64,000 nt of DNA from Octopus bimaculoides (lineage: Eukaryota). The DNA lies in NCBI RefSeq assembly GCF_001194135.2, contig NC_069001.1, positions 38,671,438 through 38,735,437 on the forward strand, given 5' to 3'. Below are positions 60,031 to 64,000 of the stretch, piece after piece. The notes beneath the pieces are model-generated. The model had not been told where the DNA came from, made no database searches, and saw nothing but the letters and a program-made list of their open reading frames with translations. The stretch's first letter is position 1, and each line of letters opens with the position of its first letter. Position numbers and translations under genes: made by a program.

Positions 60031-61205
60031 ATTGAGTGTGTAGTGTGGTGGTAGGAGGGCGGTGTTGGTAGGAGGTAATGTAGTGTTGGAGGGAGAGGAG
60101 AAGATGAGGGAGAAAGAGTAGAGAGATAGAGAGGAGGGGAAGTTGGGAGAAAGTCTGCGTAAAGAAGGAGAGTGAGGGTTGAGGGGAACGAGAGTAAGAT
60201 AGAGAGTGGTGGGGAAATAGATAGGTAGAGGAGAAAGAGAGAGAGAGAGGGGGAGTAAATTAGAAAGATATAAGGAGGGGGAATAGATAGGTAGAAATGG
60301 AGAGGGAGAGCTAGAAAGAGTAGAGAATATATGTGTTGTGATAAACAAGGGGAGTGAAAGGTTGAGGGAATAAGAACGAGAGAAGCGTAAAGGAAGTAGG
60401 AAAAATAGATAGGTAGATAGATAGAGGGAGTAGAGTAGAGGAATATTAGGGAGGTATAGTGAGAAAATAAAGAAGAGGAGTGGGGGGCTGAAGAGAACAA
60501 GAGTAAGATAAAGGGAGGTGGAAAATAGATAGATAGATTGAGTAAAGGAGAAAAAGAGTTATAGACGGAGTAGAGAGGGAGAAAGGAGATTAGGGTGAGA
60601 CGATAAAAAGGTGGAGTGAGGGGGTTGAAGAGAACGAGAAAAAGATAGACAGGGTGGGAGATAGATAGATAGATGAGTAGAGAAAAGTAGAGGGAGTAAA
60701 GAGAAAGATAAGAGAGGGGAATAAATTAAAGATGGGAGTGATTGATAAAGAGAAAGAGGAGGAGATTTAGGAGAAGAGTAGAGAGAGATTTAACTGAAAG
60801 GAGAGAGAGATGGTATAAAGATATATAGAGAGAAAGTGGAGAGACACACACTGAAGAAAGAGGGTGTAGTGAGGGAATAGAAAGAGGAATAAATGGAGGA
60901 TAAGGGAAGGGGCTAAATAGAGAAAGAACGGGATTAAAGAAATAAATTAGAGGGAAGAGACAGACAGATAGATGCATAGAGAGAGAGAGCTAGACAAATA
61001 GATAGGTAGACAGATATAGATAGACAGACAAAGAAAGAGTGGGAGAAAGATTTAGAAAAAGAGGAAATTGGAGAGAAAGAAAAATTAAATGTGAGGGTGC
61101 GAGAGGAAGAGGAAAAAAGAGATAAAGAAAGAAAGTGTGTAACAGAGGGTTATTAGAAGAGAGAAATATAGGGGAATGAGGAGTAGGAAGAGGAGAATCC
61201 CAAAC
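60030..61205 (+). repeat. 1.2-kb polypurine degenerate minisatellite
   Basis: Almost only G/A with sparse T. A recurring unit GGTTGA.GAGAAC.AGAGTAAGATA...GATAGATAGGTAG is seen near 60177, 60484 and 60622. Confidence 0.8.
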
Positions 61206-62227
61206 GAATAAAGGGAGATAACTGTTTAACCGCACTGAGCACTGTTGAGGAGTCGTCTCGACCTTCGGCAAGACTCTCGTTTATCCGCAACTCCGTATTT
61301 AATAGAAACAATGAAGATATTTGCTTGTTTTTTAAATAAACAGTAAAGATCCTCATTCATACACTTTACTCCTGATTTTGCAGAAAAACAAAACAAAAAC
61401 GAGTCAAATAATGAAAGTAATGCGTATTCACTTCCTGAATACATTTCAAATATTAATAAAATATATTTTTATGCTTCGAAATTGCTGTACCTGGTCGTCA
61501 TTTAAATTGAAAAGGCGGAGAAAACGTTTTGAAAGGAATGATAAAAAAAAATTCCAAGAGGATGTTTCTGTAAAATTTGAAATAATCCTGGTTTAATTTT
61601 TGCAGGATAAAAACGATAATCCATACCTAGACGGCGTATCTTTTATCTTTCACTTGCGCCAGTTGTTAGACTACGACCAGGCTGGGGCACCACCTTAAGT
61701 TTTAGTTGAACGAATCGACCCCAGTAGCTTTTTTTTTTTTATTAAGCTCAACTGTTAAGTTACAGGGATGTAAACAACCAGTTCGGGGTGGGGACTCAAA
61801 CGCAAACACATGCACACACACACAACAGGCTTCTTTCAGTTTCCGTTTACCAAATCCACTCACAAAGCGTTGGTCAGCCAGAAGCTATATAGTAGAAGAC
61901 ACTTGACCAAGGTGCCAGGCAATGGAACAGAACCAGGAAAAAAAAAAAAAAGATTACCACTTGAATGAATTCTGTTAAAGATACCTAAAGGTTGGGATGT
62001 GGGTTTAAATTGGGTTTGTAGATTAAATCTATTAATCATGACCAGGTGAAAGGTATCTCGGCTGGACTTCCATACANNNNNNNNNNNNNNNNNNNNNNNN
62101 NNNNNNNNNNNNNNNNNNNNNNNNNNNNNNNNNNNNNNNNNNNNNNNNNNNNNNNNTAATTGAGGTCCAAGGTGTTGCTTAATGAGATTGAACCCAGATC
62201 TACAAAGTATCTGTTTTCTTTTATTTA

Positions 62228-62420
62228 ATTCTTTTACTTGTGGGGAGGGGGACTAGTCAATTACATCGACCCCAGTGCTCAACTGGTATTTAATTTATTG
62301 ACCCCGAAAGGATCAAAGGCAAAGTTGACTTCAGCGGAACTTGAACTCAGAACGTAAAGACAGACAAAATGCTGCTAAGTATTTCACCCAGCGCGCTAAC
62401 GATTCTACCACCTCACTGCC
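62228..62420 (-). mobile_element. SINE family A
   Basis: TTACATCGACCCCAGTGCTCAACTGG...GACCCCGAAAGG...GAACTCAGAACGTAAAGAC. Confidence 0.85.
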
Positions 62421-63237
62421 TCAATAATCATAATTTTTTTCCTTTTTTCCCTTCTTCTTCCTTCCTCTGTCTTTCTTCCCTTTTTTTTCTATCACATGAC
62501 ATTGCAAATGAACAATCTGGTGTGTTTATTTTAATGGCTTATCAATGTATACAGTGAGTTTCTTTGCCCTAGGTGTTGGGAAGACACTCGGCAGGAAATG
62601 GAAAGAAAATTGAAAGAAGATTAGAATAATAATAATAATAATGATAATAATATTAATAATAATGATAATATATTTATGCACAGTCTAGTTTAAGATGTTT
62701 GTGTACATTTGGATATGGAAAGGCAATATGTGGTAGTCTGAATAATAATAAAGATTACTCTATTAAACACTTAATTAACAGAGTTAGTTAAATATATCTT
62801 AATTATTCAGTCTATATTAGCTCTCTCTCCCCTTCTCTCTTTCTTTCTGTCTGTCTGTCTCTCTTTTTCCTCTTCTCTCTCTTTCTTGGGAAAATGGTGG
62901 AATTTATAATTACTGTATAACTGTCATCACCATGGTGATCATATAACCTTCCTCCTGTCCTCCCCGCCACCTGACCTTATCATCAGCACTAGTGTCACCC
63001 TGCTGCAACTAACAAAAACAACAACATCCCCCCCCCCACCACCACCAACAACAACAACAACGATTACTGAGACTACTCTGACACATTCCAATATGGTGTT
63101 TTTCCTTGTTGTTGTTGTTGTTGTTATTATTGCGTTTTTCTTGAACAAAGAATTCATTTCTCAACAGTTGACAACATTATCTGAGCGAGTTACATTCCTC
63201 AGAAAGTCTGAGAGGCAGACATTCTTTAAATTCTTAC

Positions 63238-63300
63238 CATAGAATACATCCAAACACTTTTTTGCCCACTTCCGATCATTAATTCCCCGCACCACATCGT
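63238..63300 (-). CDS. Candidate 63-nt coding exon of an unidentified gene
   Basis: Acceptor CTTTTCTCTGTCTAAAG, donor ATG|GTAAGA, length a multiple of 3. Two frames are open: DDVVRGINDRKWAKKCLDVFY and TMWCGELMIGSGQKSVWMYSM. I recognise no homologue. Confidence 0.3.
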
Positions 63301-63399
63301 CTTTAGACAGAGAAAAGTTTGTGAAGTTTGTTACATAAGAAAGACTCCAAAGCATTCCACACAGAAGACAGCTTATAACTGAGACCTCGGGTTGATTGG

Positions 63400-63565
63400 G
63401 TGCAGGTGTGGGTGGGCGGTGCGAAACATTGCTTCCCAACCACATGGCTGTGAGTTCAGTCCTGCTCTATGATACCCTGGGCAAGTGTCTTCTGCTATAA
63501 ACCCTGGCTGACAAAAGTCTTGCAGGTGAATTTGGTCAATGGAAGCTGAAAGAAGCCTGCCATAC
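63400..63565 (+). mobile_element. SINE family C
   Basis: GCTTCCCAACCACATGG...GGGCAAGTGTCTTCTGCTATA...GGAAGCTGAAAGAAGCC. Confidence 0.85.
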
Positions 63566-63652
63566 ATACATACGTATGTATGTATGTATGTATGTATGTA
63601 TGTATGTATGTATGTATGTATGTATGGATGGATGTATGTGTGTGTGTGTGTA

Positions 63653-63926
63653 TGTATTAATCAAAGTGTACAATATTATATATCCATTATGGCCAATGTT
63701 ACCAATCAGTTTTGCACTTGGGGTTCAACGGAGTGTTTGGTAATAGTCCGATTATGTCACCCTGCGCTCTTCAGAGGTAGCCGTTATGGAATGAACTATA
63801 GCAACTGAAGAATGCAGAGTTACATAATCAGACTATTACCTTACACTCTGTTGAACCCCTAGTGCGAAACCGATTGATAGGATCAGCTGTAATGAATATA
63901 TAATACTGTACACTTCGATTAATACA
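63653..63926. mobile_element. Palindromic (hairpin) MITE, arms about 120 bp, 30-nt loop
   Basis: TGTATTAATCAAAGTGTACAATATTATATA...GGGGTTCAACGGAGTGT...CTCTTCAG pairs with CTGAAG...ACACTCTGTTGAACCCC...TATATAATACTGTACACTTCGATTAATACA. Confidence 0.85.
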
Positions 63927-64000
63927 CCCACTCTATTGGCAGATATATGAATGCATTGTTTCCTGGTTTATGGACTGTCAGATGGCTTACACACACACAC

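Larger units (their letters stand above)
56380..62400. promoter_or_regulatory. CpG-retaining promoter region, probably of Rab14
   Basis: Hand count gives 19 CG in 57181-57540 versus 1 CG in 40621-40980. The region holds two GCCATCTTG motifs (minus strand) and two good minus-strand splice donors. The boundaries are approximate and CpGs persist at lower density to the window end. Confidence 0.55.

Overview
Eukaryotic genomic DNA, AT-rich, dense in microsatellites and interspersed repeats, with about 15 assembly gaps. The repeat landscape resembles what I recall from Octopus assemblies, so a coleoid cephalopod origin is inferred but not proven. The one securely identified gene is Rab14 on the minus strand. 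It has 8 coding exons (15579 down to 6121; 645 nt; 214 aa), all introns are GT-AG, and the protein runs from [25 protein letters not shown] to a C-terminal GCGC prenylation motif. A SINE-free stretch from about 2.8 to 6.1 kb is the probable 3' UTR. CpG is strongly depleted up to about 56 kb and retained from about 56.4 kb onward. Minus-strand splice donors at 57657 and 59982 suggest the Rab14 promoter and 5' UTR exons lie at 57.6-60 kb, about 42 kb upstream of the ATG. The rest is decayed transposons: RTE LINE pieces, Penelope-like RT and GIY-YIG pieces, Tc1/mariner remnants, hAT-, piggyBac- and mariner-type MITEs, foldback elements and several SINE families. Leads worth testing are a phase-compatible alternative last exon, an in-frame hydrophobic N-terminal extension, a cluster of nuclear-receptor elements, long intronic inverted repeats, a candidate exon of an unidentified gene at 63.2 kb, and an Illumina adapter left in the assembly. 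I found nothing I can defend as a wholly new biological system.
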